Assembly: GCF_001735745.1 (NCBI RefSeq) | Contig: NZ_CP017260.1 | Span: 300,001-332,000 of the forward strand | Source: Formosa sp. Hel1_33_131 | Lineage (GTDB): Bacteria > Bacteroidota > Bacteroidia > Flavobacteriales > Flavobacteriaceae | Length of the DNA: 32,000 bases | Direction: 5' to 3' | Shown: positions 17,488 to 26,303 of the stretch, piece by piece | Numbering within the stretch: position 1 is the stretch's first letter | How the letters are laid out: each line of letters begins with the position of its first letter | Position numbers and translations under genes: made by a program | The notes under the pieces: model-generated | Databases searched by the model: none | Seen by the model: only the letters and a program-made list of their open reading frames with translations | Told to the model about the DNA's origin: nothing

Positions 17488-18801
17488 ATGTCAACTAACA
17501 AATCATACAGAAGTGCACTCATTTTTTTGACTACCCTATTTTTTCTTTGGGGTTTTATCACTGTTTTAGTAGATAGTTTAGTACCAAGATTAAAAGATGT
17601 TTTTGAAATGTCATATGCCAAAACGGTTTTGGTTCAGTTTGCATTTTTTACAGCATTTTTTGTGGTCTCAGTACCGGCTGGAACTCTTTTGTCTAAAATC
17701 GGATATAGAAAAGGAATTGTTCTAGGTTTAGTAATTATGGCTTTAGGCTGTTTACTTTTTTATCCTGCTGCCGAATACAGAAATTTTAATGTTTTTTTAA
17801 TTGGGTACTTTACATTAGCTGGAGGGATTACTGTGCTCCAAGTTGCTGCCAATCCTTACGTAGCTTTACTTGGTTCAGAAGAAGATGCTTCTAGTAGATT
17901 GAACCTATCACAGGCTTTTAATTCTTTAGGAACAACTATAGCACCAATTGTGGGTGCATTATTCTTGTTGAGTGATTCCGTTAAGACCTCTGAAGAAATT
18001 AATTTATTGACAGATTTAGAGAAAGTAGATTATTATTCAGCTGAAGCAGCAACAGTTCAAACTCCATTTTTACTTATAGCTGCTTTTATTGGGATACTGG
18101 CATTAATTTTTGCTTTTATAAAATTGCCCAAAGTGATGCAAGAAAGTCCTAAAGGTGGGTACTTGTCATTGCTAAAAAATAAGTTGATGCTTATGGGCGC
18201 ACTGGGTATTTTTGTTTATGTAGGAGCAGAAGTCGCAATTGGTAGTTTCTTAGTGAATTATTTTAGTGACATGAATTTAGCAGTCATTGTAATGGAGAAT
18301 GAAATGATGATGAACATCGCGAATACGATCGCAAGTGTTTTTAATAAAACATTTTCTAATTCAGATCCAAAATCGTTGCTAGGAATTTTCATCATATTTT
18401 ACTGGGGAGGTGCTATGATTGGTCGATTTATTGGAGCCTACCTAACGAAAATAATGGACGCTGGAAAGGTCTTGAGTATGTTTGCTTCATTGGCAATTCT
18501 TATGATATTAATATCTATTAATACGCAAGGATTGATTTCTATGTGGTCTATCCTGGCAGTAGGATTATTTAATTCTATTATGTTTCCAACCATATTTACT
18601 TTAACCTTAGAAGGTTTAGGAGAACTTAAAGCTCAGGCATCAGGATTGCTTTGTATGGCAATTGTGGGTGGCGCAATTATTCCGTTCGCATTTGGCAGTT
18701 TGATAGATGGTTTTGGATTTAAAAAAGCGTTCATATTAACTCTGATTTGTTATGGCTATGTCATGTACTATGGAAAATTAAAAAGCAGAAAAACCGCTTA
18801 A
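17488..18801 (+). CDS. MFS sugar:H+ symporter of the GluP/FucP (glucose/galactose/fucose permease) family; probable monosaccharide (mannose?) importer
   Basis: 437 aa, about 12 hydrophobic segments. N-terminal FFLWGFITVLVDSLVPRLKDVFEMSYAKTVLVQFAFFTAFFVVSVPAG..GYRKGIVLGL is characteristic of GluP/FucP permeases. No signal peptide. Confidence 0.8.
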   Translation: MSTNKSYRSALIFLTTLFFLWGFITVLVDSLVPRLKDVFEMSYAKTVLVQFAFFTAFFVVSVPAGTLLSKIGYRKGIVLGLVIMALGCLLFYPAAEYRNFNVFLIGYFTLAGGITVLQVAANPYVALLGSEEDASSRLNLSQAFNSLGTTIAPIVGALFLLSDSVKTSEEINLLTDLEKVDYYSAEAATVQTPFLLIAAFIGILALIFAFIKLPKVMQESPKGGYLSLLKNKLMLMGALGIFVYVGAEVAIGSFLVNYFSDMNLAVIVMENEMMMNIANTIASVFNKTFSNSDPKSLLGIFIIFYWGGAMIGRFIGAYLTKIMDAGKVLSMFASLAILMILISINTQGLISMWSILAVGLFNSIMFPTIFTLTLEGLGELKAQASGLLCMAIVGGAIIPFAFGSLIDGFGFKKAFILTLICYGYVMYYGKLKSRKTA

Positions 18802-18828
18802 ATTTTAAAAAAAAGTAAATAACTATAT

Positions 18829-20286
18829 ATGCTCACTATTTTTCTTCATGTTTTTATTATTCTGACATCCATTGTATCAAAAAACGATACGATACAATCT
18901 CATACAGAAAAAAAACCTAATATTATTGTATTTATTGCAGATGATTTTGGATATGGATCTACTAATGTTTACGGCGCTTCTGAAGAACTAATTAAAACCC
19001 CCAACATAAATAAACTAGCAAAAGAAGGTGTAAAATTCACAAATGCCTATACAACAGGTTCTGTTTGTACGCCCACAAGATATGCATTAATGACGGGTCA
19101 ATATTCTTGGAGAACAAATCTTAAAAAAGGGGTTGTTAATATGAACGACCCAGCTTTAATTGATGTTGAAAGAAAAACATTACCAAAATATATGCAATCT
19201 TTAGGTTATAAAACAGCAATGGTTGGTAAATGGCACTTAGGTTTTAAAGAAAAAAAGTTCAATAATTTATTAGGAAATATTTATCCTGCTCCAACAGATT
19301 ATGGTTTAGATTATAGTTTTGCATTGCCTAATAATTTAGATGATGGGCATAAAGTTTATATAGAGAATAATAAAATTTATGGATTGCGTTCTGATAAAAT
19401 TTCTCCTTACGGAAAATCATTTTATGGAAAACAATACAAAGGATATGATGCCCCACAAAGAGTTACAGAGCAAGTGACAGATGATTTAACAAACAAATCT
19501 ATAGAGTGGATGAAAAGTTTGGATAAAGACCAGCCATTCTTCTTATACTATGCAGCAGCTGCAGTTCATCATCCTATTGTGCCTAGTCCACAAATGCGAG
19601 GTAAAAGTAATGCAGGTGCTTATGGCGATTTTATTCAAGATATAGACCGTTCTTTAGGGGATTTAATTGCATTTTTAGAAGAAAGGGGTATTAGAGAAAA
19701 CACCATTATTATTTTTGCGAGCGATAATGGAGGAGATATTCCAAACAAAAAAAATGTAATGCCAGAAAATTTTGCCATCAACAAAGGATTACAAATCAAT
19801 GGAGATTATAAAGGAGATAAACATACTATTTGGGATGGAGGTTTTAGAATTCCGTTTATTGTAAATTATCCAAAAGAAATAAAAGGCGATCAAACTTCTA
19901 ATGTAACAATCTCAACAGTTGATATTTATTGTTTTTTAGCAGATTATATTGGTAATAATAAAGGATTAGATTTAGAAGATGCACCAGATAGTTATAGCTT
20001 TAAAAAAGCTGTTTTAAAACCTAATAAATTTTATGAAAGACCCCCATTAGTGCATAGAGATGCGCAAGGTAGAAGAGCAATTCGTTTTGAAGGGTGGAAA
20101 TTCATTGAAGAAAAAAATAAAGACACAAACAAAAAGATGAATGCTGAAATGCTTTTTAGCTTAACTAAAGATAAAAAGGAATCTACTAATCTTGCTAAAA
20201 CAGAAACAGCAATTGTTTATAAAGCAAAAAACTATTTATCTAAAATTATAGAAAAGTCATCCAAAGAAATTTGGAAAAATAATTAA
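18829..20286 (+). CDS. S1 formylglycine-type sulfatase (arylsulfatase-A-like)
   Basis: PNIIVFIADDFGYG; C-T-P-T-R at 19066..19080 (SVCTPTRYALMTGQY); VGKWHLG; IIFASDNGG; sulfatase-type C-terminal tail LFSLTKDKKESTNLA. Confidence 0.9.
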   Translation: MLTIFLHVFIILTSIVSKNDTIQSHTEKKPNIIVFIADDFGYGSTNVYGASEELIKTPNINKLAKEGVKFTNAYTTGSVCTPTRYALMTGQYSWRTNLKKGVVNMNDPALIDVERKTLPKYMQSLGYKTAMVGKWHLGFKEKKFNNLLGNIYPAPTDYGLDYSFALPNNLDDGHKVYIENNKIYGLRSDKISPYGKSFYGKQYKGYDAPQRVTEQVTDDLTNKSIEWMKSLDKDQPFFLYYAAAAVHHPIVPSPQMRGKSNAGAYGDFIQDIDRSLGDLIAFLEERGIRENTIIIFASDNGGDIPNKKNVMPENFAINKGLQINGDYKGDKHTIWDGGFRIPFIVNYPKEIKGDQTSNVTISTVDIYCFLADYIGNNKGLDLEDAPDSYSFKKAVLKPNKFYERPPLVHRDAQGRRAIRFEGWKFIEEKNKDTNKKMNAEMLFSLTKDKKESTNLAKTETAIVYKAKNYLSKIIEKSSKEIWKNN

Positions 20287-20400
20287 AATGAAAAAATAAA
20301 AGAAAAAATAGCGCAGCTTAAAACGTTTTATGCTGATTTTAAAACACAAGTTTCCGGAATTGGAATGCAAGAAATAAGTAACAAAAATAAATAACGACAA

Positions 20401-22041
20401 ATGACATTTAATAATTACAAAACCATTGGATTTATATTCTTTTTAATACTAATTAGTACTACTAAATCAATTGCACAAAACACTAAAAAACCAAACATCA
20501 TCTTTATTATGACCGATGATCAAAGTGCTGTGGTGCCTTTAGATTCAGAGAAAAGAATACAATCGCGTCCTTTTGGATTTAATGGCGATAAAGAAGCACA
20601 CACACCCATTATAGATGATTTGGCAAAGAATGGTATAATTTTTAACAGCGCGTATGTATCAAGCTCTGTATGTGTGCCTAGTAGATATACAATGCTAACT
20701 GGACGTTATGCAGGAAGATCAGAGGGTCCAGCTTTTATGAGAATGCATCCGGATGGAGTGATGACAAGAGTAGAAAACAATACTGAAATAGAAAAAGACA
20801 AATCCAATTTACCAAGACTATTACAAGAAGTAGGTTACAAAACAGGTTTTGTAGGTAAAAGTCATATTGTGGAACATAATATCGTTAACAATAAAAATAA
20901 TTGGGAAAAAAATGGCTTCCAGACCTATGCGAAAAATGCAGATCCAAATGATCCAGCCGTTTCAAAAAAAATGTTTGAAAACCATCAAAAATGGACCGAA
21001 GTAATTAAAGAATATGGTTTTGATTATGCGAACGCATTTTATGCAGGAAATTTAAGGGAACAGTACAATGATTCTTTAAATGTTCATAATGTAGAATGGA
21101 AAAATAAAGCTGCTTTAGAATTCATCGATGAAAACAAAAACGATCCTTTCTTTTTGTATTACAGTGAAACGGTTCCTCATGGTCCAGCTCCCTATAATAT
21201 GAAAAATGGGAAATATTTTAGAGGTTTAGATTCAAATCCAAAATTTACAGGACAAGGGTTGATAGATGCGGATTACTCCTACTTACCCACTAGAGAAGAA
21301 ATCAAAGAAGAAATCAAAAATCTTGATAAAAAAGTAGCACATGCTTGGTTGCGTTGGTTTGATCATGCGGTTGGTGCCGTTGTAGACAAACTAAAAGCAG
21401 AAGGTATTTATGAAAACACCATTATTATAATTACGTCAGATCATGGGAACTACAACGGAGGAAAAACGAGCTTATACGAAAGTGGAACAAAAGTCCCTTT
21501 AATGATGCACTGGCTAAATGGAATTAAATCGAACCAAGTATATAACGAGTTAGTTCAAAATATTGATTTTACGCCTACTTTTTTAGAACTAGCAGGGATA
21601 AAATTAAAAAATGTAGAGTCAACCTTAGACGGCGTTAGTTTAAAAAAGGTATTAAAAGGAAATAAAAAACCAGTACATGATTATTTATTTTTTGAGATGG
21701 GTTATGCAAGAAGTGTAATGACTAAAGACTGGAAATATATATCTGTGAGATATGATAAACAAAAACAAAACAGAATCAATAAAGGCTTAACATTTAAAGG
21801 TTGGAAAGGTGCAGAACTTCAATACCCTTATTACACAAGAAATGGTCATTTAGGAAATATTGCATCAAAAAGCAGTGCTTTTTATTTTGATGCAGATCAA
21901 GTATTTGATTTAGTAAAAGATCCTCGTGAGACTGAAAACATTTTTGAAGACAACAGAGAAAAAGCAGAAGAACTTAAAATACTATTGACAAAAAGTTTGA
22001 AGTCATTTCCTAACCGGCCTTACGCTGAATTTGTAAATTAA
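20401..22041 (+). CDS. S1 formylglycine-type sulfatase, stand-alone paralog of the N-terminal module of the 2..4108 fusion
   Basis: SPI-type signal (STTKSIAQN). PNIIFIMTDDQS; C-V-P-S-R at 20671..20685; VGKSH; SETVPHGPAP; WLRWFDHAVGAVV; ITSDHGN; VFDLVKDPRETENIF. Colinear with 2..1468. Confidence 0.92.
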   Translation: MTFNNYKTIGFIFFLILISTTKSIAQNTKKPNIIFIMTDDQSAVVPLDSEKRIQSRPFGFNGDKEAHTPIIDDLAKNGIIFNSAYVSSSVCVPSRYTMLTGRYAGRSEGPAFMRMHPDGVMTRVENNTEIEKDKSNLPRLLQEVGYKTGFVGKSHIVEHNIVNNKNNWEKNGFQTYAKNADPNDPAVSKKMFENHQKWTEVIKEYGFDYANAFYAGNLREQYNDSLNVHNVEWKNKAALEFIDENKNDPFFLYYSETVPHGPAPYNMKNGKYFRGLDSNPKFTGQGLIDADYSYLPTREEIKEEIKNLDKKVAHAWLRWFDHAVGAVVDKLKAEGIYENTIIIITSDHGNYNGGKTSLYESGTKVPLMMHWLNGIKSNQVYNELVQNIDFTPTFLELAGIKLKNVESTLDGVSLKKVLKGNKKPVHDYLFFEMGYARSVMTKDWKYISVRYDKQKQNRINKGLTFKGWKGAELQYPYYTRNGHLGNIASKSSAFYFDADQVFDLVKDPRETENIFEDNREKAEELKILLTKSLKSFPNRPYAEFVN

Positions 22042-22042
22042 T

Positions 22043-23215
22043 ATGAAAAAGGCTATAAGATCAATACTAGTAATTATTGCGTGCTGTTTTGTTTTAAAGA
22101 GTACTGCTCAAAAAACGATTGATACTATCGCTACAAAAGTTGATGGATTTGACATTCCTATTCGAATCAAATTACCAAAAAACACTACTGGTAAAAACCC
22201 AGTATATTTCTTTGTGCATGGCGGTGGATGGAATGGCGGTACTGAAACAACTGTTCCACCAGCAAGATTGTCTACAGATGCTAATTATCTAGCGAATCAA
22301 TTAGGGGTTATTTATGTAGGATTGGCATATAGATGTAAAGGCAACAATGCAACATTTGCGGATGCTATACAAGATTTAGAAGCGTCTGTACAATGGTTTT
22401 TTGAAAATGCAGATACCTACAATGCAGACCTTACAAGAATTGGTTTTGGAGGATCCTCAGCAGGCTCCACATTAGCAGCTATGATGGCTCAAAAATACAA
22501 GAATTGTAAACTATTTGTTGGTGCAGAAGGCATGTATAATTTAGTAGAACATTCAGAGGAAAGATCAACGTTTCCAAGTCAAAAAGCAAGAGAATTATAC
22601 GGATTAGCGACGGAAAAGGAAAGTAAAAAAGCATCTGCATTTTATAATTTAAGGGAGAATCCCCCGAGTACTTTATTGTTAAACGGAAAAGAGGATGACT
22701 TATGCCATTACACACAAACAGAAAAATTTGCTGAACAAATCAAGAAAAAAGGCGGTAACGTGAAAGTGGTTTTGTACGATGCTATTAATCACACCTGTTT
22801 AAATGCATCTTACCCAGAAGTACTAAAGAATAGTGTTTTAGAGATTGCCAAAATATTTATCGAAGAATTTCAATTAGAAAACAAAAATAGGAGTCAAATA
22901 GAAGTTCTTTTAGATAAAAGACTTCAAGGTATGTATCCTAAAGAATCCATTGCGGAAGACGATATTCTGGGCGCTTGGGAATTTAAAAAATTTATTCTCA
23001 CATTAAATAAAAACGGACAAGGATCTCTTTTAAATTCTAAAAATAATAGCACAAAAATATTCACATATACTCTAGAAAAAGATTCAATAACTTTTAAAGT
23101 AAATGGTAAGACTAAAATATTTTACATGCGAAAAAACAATAGAGTTATCTATGAATATAACTTTGCCGATGAAAGGTTTAAGTATAGAAGACTTAATTAT
23201 AAAAAAGTAAGCTAA
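22043..23215 (+). CDS. Alpha/beta-hydrolase-fold esterase (probable carbohydrate deacylase) with an extra ~100-aa C-terminal beta-rich domain
   Basis: Signal peptide. Oxyanion-hole motif VYFFVHGGGWNGG; nucleophile elbow GFGGSSAGS (G-x-S-x-G); late His in AINHTC. C-terminal ILGAWEFKKFILTLNKNGQG...FTYTLEKDSITFKVNGKTKIFYM looks lipocalin-like. Its start is 1 nt after the preceding stop. Confidence 0.7.
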   Translation: MKKAIRSILVIIACCFVLKSTAQKTIDTIATKVDGFDIPIRIKLPKNTTGKNPVYFFVHGGGWNGGTETTVPPARLSTDANYLANQLGVIYVGLAYRCKGNNATFADAIQDLEASVQWFFENADTYNADLTRIGFGGSSAGSTLAAMMAQKYKNCKLFVGAEGMYNLVEHSEERSTFPSQKARELYGLATEKESKKASAFYNLRENPPSTLLLNGKEDDLCHYTQTEKFAEQIKKKGGNVKVVLYDAINHTCLNASYPEVLKNSVLEIAKIFIEEFQLENKNRSQIEVLLDKRLQGMYPKESIAEDDILGAWEFKKFILTLNKNGQGSLLNSKNNSTKIFTYTLEKDSITFKVNGKTKIFYMRKNNRVIYEYNFADERFKYRRLNYKKVS

Positions 23216-23222
23216 AACCGAA

Positions 23223-24827
23223 ATGAAATACGTTTTTAAAATCTTAATTGTAATCCTGATTTTTAGTTGTAAAACAAAAAACATAGCTAAAAAAAATACG
23301 GTTGTAAATGAAACACCTAAAAACCTACTTTTTATAATTGTAGATCAGCAACGTTATGATGCCTTAAGTATTGCTGGAAACCCAATTGTTAAAACTCCAA
23401 ATTTAGACAAGTTAGCGAGGCAAGGCGCGTATTTTAAAAATGCATATACACCTGTTGCGGTTTGTGGACCTGCGAGATCCTCGATCTTGACTGGAACAAC
23501 AATGAACACACACCAAGTAACAACAAATGATAAAACCTACAATTATAACGATGCCCCTGTAATGACCATGAAAACCTTTGATGAGATTCTGACAGAAAAA
23601 GGATATCATGCAGAATATTACGGTAAATGGCATGTGTTAACGTCGCATTCAGAGGTCTATAAAAATCCAAAAAAGTATGCTAAAAACGGGAAATATATAT
23701 TTGAACCCCAAGGGCAAAGACATTTGTATCTCGATTATTTAAACGACGTATTTCCCAAAGTGGAACCTCAAAAAGGAGAGCTTTTAGATCGATTTACTAA
23801 AAGACCATACGCTCCAGATCCCATAGATATAGATTATGGAAAAACTTACAATGACGTTAAAAAAGAAGTCAATCACCGTCATTCTCAACCAAATTATCAT
23901 GGTAAATCGAGTATCCCAAAAGAACATACGATAACTGCATATTATGCAAATAAAACCATTGATGCAATCAAGAGGTTAAAAAACAAACCGTTTAGCATAA
24001 CCACCTCTTTCCACTTTCCGCATGCGCCTATGATTCCATCAGAACCTTATCATGGCATGTATGATCCTGACGATATGCCAATACCCTCTAGTATTAAAGA
24101 TGACATGCAAAACTCCCCTTATATTAATGCAAATGGCAGAAATAAGTTGACCGTTTTTGCAGATGAGGAAAAAATAAAATATATGATTTCTAATTATTAT
24201 GGTTTAATTACTGAGTTAGATGATTGGATTGGGAAAATAATGGAAACCTTAGAAGATGAAGGTATTGCAGAACATACGATGGTAATTTTTACAAGTGATC
24301 ATGGAGAAATGTTGGGAGCACACGGAATGCGAGAAAAAAATGTATTCTATGAAGAATCTTCTCACATCCCATTAATGATTAAAATGCCCACTGAAATTAA
24401 AAAAGAAACTACAGTGAATGGTTATGTTTCTAATGTAGATTTATTTGCCACAATTATGGATTATTTAAACATTGGAAATTATAAATCTGATGGCGAAAGT
24501 TTACGTGATTTAATAGAACAAAAACAAACAAATCATGGGAATTACGTGGTTACTGAATGGGATTACCGGGGGCCTATTCAACCCAATTATATGATTGTAA
24601 AAGACGGATGGAAATTAATGATTCCGTATACAGAAGATTCAAAAGTGTTAAATGTTTTATTTAATTTAAATGATGACCCTCAAGAGATAAATAATTTATT
24701 GGGGAAGAATCCTAATAGAGAAAAATATAATGAGAAAGCAGAAGAATTAAGAGCAAATCTTTTACAATGGTTAAAAAAAAATAATTCTAAACATTACGAT
24801 GGCGTATCAAAACGAAAATTAATTTAA
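23223..24827 (+). CDS. S1 formylglycine-type sulfatase (DQQ-type metal site), lipoprotein
   Basis: LIFSC lipobox. LLFIIVDQQRYDAL; C-G-P-A-R at 23463..23477; YGKWH; FTSDHGEMLGAHG; LFNLNDDPQEINNL. Confidence 0.9.
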   Translation: MKYVFKILIVILIFSCKTKNIAKKNTVVNETPKNLLFIIVDQQRYDALSIAGNPIVKTPNLDKLARQGAYFKNAYTPVAVCGPARSSILTGTTMNTHQVTTNDKTYNYNDAPVMTMKTFDEILTEKGYHAEYYGKWHVLTSHSEVYKNPKKYAKNGKYIFEPQGQRHLYLDYLNDVFPKVEPQKGELLDRFTKRPYAPDPIDIDYGKTYNDVKKEVNHRHSQPNYHGKSSIPKEHTITAYYANKTIDAIKRLKNKPFSITTSFHFPHAPMIPSEPYHGMYDPDDMPIPSSIKDDMQNSPYINANGRNKLTVFADEEKIKYMISNYYGLITELDDWIGKIMETLEDEGIAEHTMVIFTSDHGEMLGAHGMREKNVFYEESSHIPLMIKMPTEIKKETTVNGYVSNVDLFATIMDYLNIGNYKSDGESLRDLIEQKQTNHGNYVVTEWDYRGPIQPNYMIVKDGWKLMIPYTEDSKVLNVLFNLNDDPQEINNLLGKNPNREKYNEKAEELRANLLQWLKKNNSKHYDGVSKRKLI

Positions 24828-24837
24828 TACTTTCTAA

Positions 24838-25809
24838 ATGAAATTATATCCTTTACAATTCACACCATTATTTAAATATAGAATTTGGGGTGGAGAAAAA
24901 TTAAAGACAGAATTAAAAAAGCAATATAAAGAGAATAATATTGGAGAGTCTTGGGAAATTTCTGATGTTTCTGGGGATGAAACTAAGGTCGCAAAAGGCA
25001 GTTTAAAAGGAAATACATTACGAGATTTAACGATGGAGTTTAAAGGCGATTTAATTGGTGAAGCGGTCTATGAAAAATTCGGCGAAGAATTTCCTTTATT
25101 AATAAAGTTTATCGATGCAAAAACACCCTTATCTATACAAGTACATCCAAGTAATGAAGTCGCAAAAATGCGTCATGGCTCATTTGGTAAAAATGAAATG
25201 TGGTATGTAATGCAAGCGGATAAAGATGCAGAATTAATTGTAGGGTTTGATGAAAAAATTGATACGGACAGCTATAAAACTCATTTGGAAAATAATACGA
25301 TTCTAAATGTAATGCATCATGAAACGGTACAAAAAGGAGATACATTTTACATTCCAACGGGGCGTGTACACGCCATTGGCGCAGGAGTTTTGTTAGCAGA
25401 AATACAGCAAACATCAGATGTCACCTATCGTATTTACGATTATGATAGAGTCGATTCAAAAACAGGTACAAAAAGAGAATTGCATAACGAACTGGCAATT
25501 GATTTCATCGATTATGAAGTGCATGATACTTATAAAACGGAATATTCTATAGAAAAGAATGTATCCAATAAATTGGTACATTCACCTTATTTTAAGACTA
25601 ACATTTTAGACATCAATTCAACAGTAGAAAAAGATTATTCAGCCATAGATTCTTTTATTATTTACATGTGTGTAGAAGGCTCAATTGAGATTGTTTCTGA
25701 AGGAGAAACCTACACAATAAATAATGGTGAAACGTTATTAGTACCAGCAACTTTAAATAACATTATTTTAAAAGCAGAAAACGCAAAAGTTTTGGAGGTT
25801 TATTATTAG
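24838..25809 (+). CDS. manA: Type I (class I, Bacillus-type) mannose-6-phosphate isomerase
   Basis: 323 aa, no signal peptide. LYPLQFTPLFKYRIWGG, GESWEISD, PLLIKFIDAKTPLSIQVHPS, KNEMWYV, TFYIPTGRVHAIGAGVLLAEIQQTSDVTYRIYDYDR: cupin-type PMI motifs with the zinc-ligand His residues. Confidence 0.88.
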   Translation: MKLYPLQFTPLFKYRIWGGEKLKTELKKQYKENNIGESWEISDVSGDETKVAKGSLKGNTLRDLTMEFKGDLIGEAVYEKFGEEFPLLIKFIDAKTPLSIQVHPSNEVAKMRHGSFGKNEMWYVMQADKDAELIVGFDEKIDTDSYKTHLENNTILNVMHHETVQKGDTFYIPTGRVHAIGAGVLLAEIQQTSDVTYRIYDYDRVDSKTGTKRELHNELAIDFIDYEVHDTYKTEYSIEKNVSNKLVHSPYFKTNILDINSTVEKDYSAIDSFIIYMCVEGSIEIVSEGETYTINNGETLLVPATLNNIILKAENAKVLEVYY

Positions 25810-25877
25810 TTAATTCAATATTAATAATAAATTAATGCGATGTTCTTTTATTTGAATAAAAATTTAAATTAAACAAA

Positions 25878-26207
25878 ATGAAAAAAATAATTGTATTACT
25901 TCTTCTTTTGACTGTGTCCGTCGCTCAGGCTCAAAAAAATCAAAAAGCAGTAGCGTTAGCAGATAAACTATCTAATGTTATGGAGTTTGATAAAGATCAA
26001 AGCGCACTACTTCTAGAGTTAATTCTGGATAGAAATAACAAGAAAAGAGCTTTGAGAAAAGAATACGCAGATGATAAAGATACCTTTAAAGTAAAAGCTA
26101 AAGAAGTAGAAAAAGCATATAACAAAGATTTAAGAGTGTTAGCTGGTATAGAAAAGTTTAAGCTTTTAGTTGTCTATAGAAAAGCGAAAAGAGCCGCAAA
26201 AAAATAA
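25878..26207 (+). CDS. Small secreted Lys-rich, predicted helical protein of unknown function
   Basis: 109 aa. Clear signal peptide MKKIIVLLLLLTVSVAQAQ. The mature part is highly charged (KKRALRKEYADDKDTFKVKAKEVEKAYNKDLR...RKAKRAAKK). Flanked by 68- and 96-nt gaps. I recognise no family. Confidence 0.55.
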   Translation: MKKIIVLLLLLTVSVAQAQKNQKAVALADKLSNVMEFDKDQSALLLELILDRNNKKRALRKEYADDKDTFKVKAKEVEKAYNKDLRVLAGIEKFKLLVVYRKAKRAAKK

Positions 26208-26303
26208 ATTAATTTTATAGATTCTGCTACCTAATTAATTCTTTATTAATCAATAATTAAGCCATTGATGTTTTATTTGTTCCTATAACAGATTATAATA
26301 AAA

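Noticed and set aside
17439-17621. Minus-strand 60-aa ORF overlapping the MFS transporter start
   Set aside because: It overlaps the transporter's N-terminal coding region and the AT-rich gap. It has no signal or motif and is likely chance.
20287-20394. The frame of the 18829..20286 sulfatase stays open for 35 more codons after its TAA (NEKIKEKIAQLKTFYADFKTQVSGIGMQEISNKNK-stop), suggesting readthrough or a nonsense mutation
   Set aside because: The sulfatase already ends with a complete family-typical C-terminal tail (LFSLTKDKKESTNLA...). A 35-codon open stretch is not improbable by chance, and the extension matches nothing. It remains only a weak possibility.
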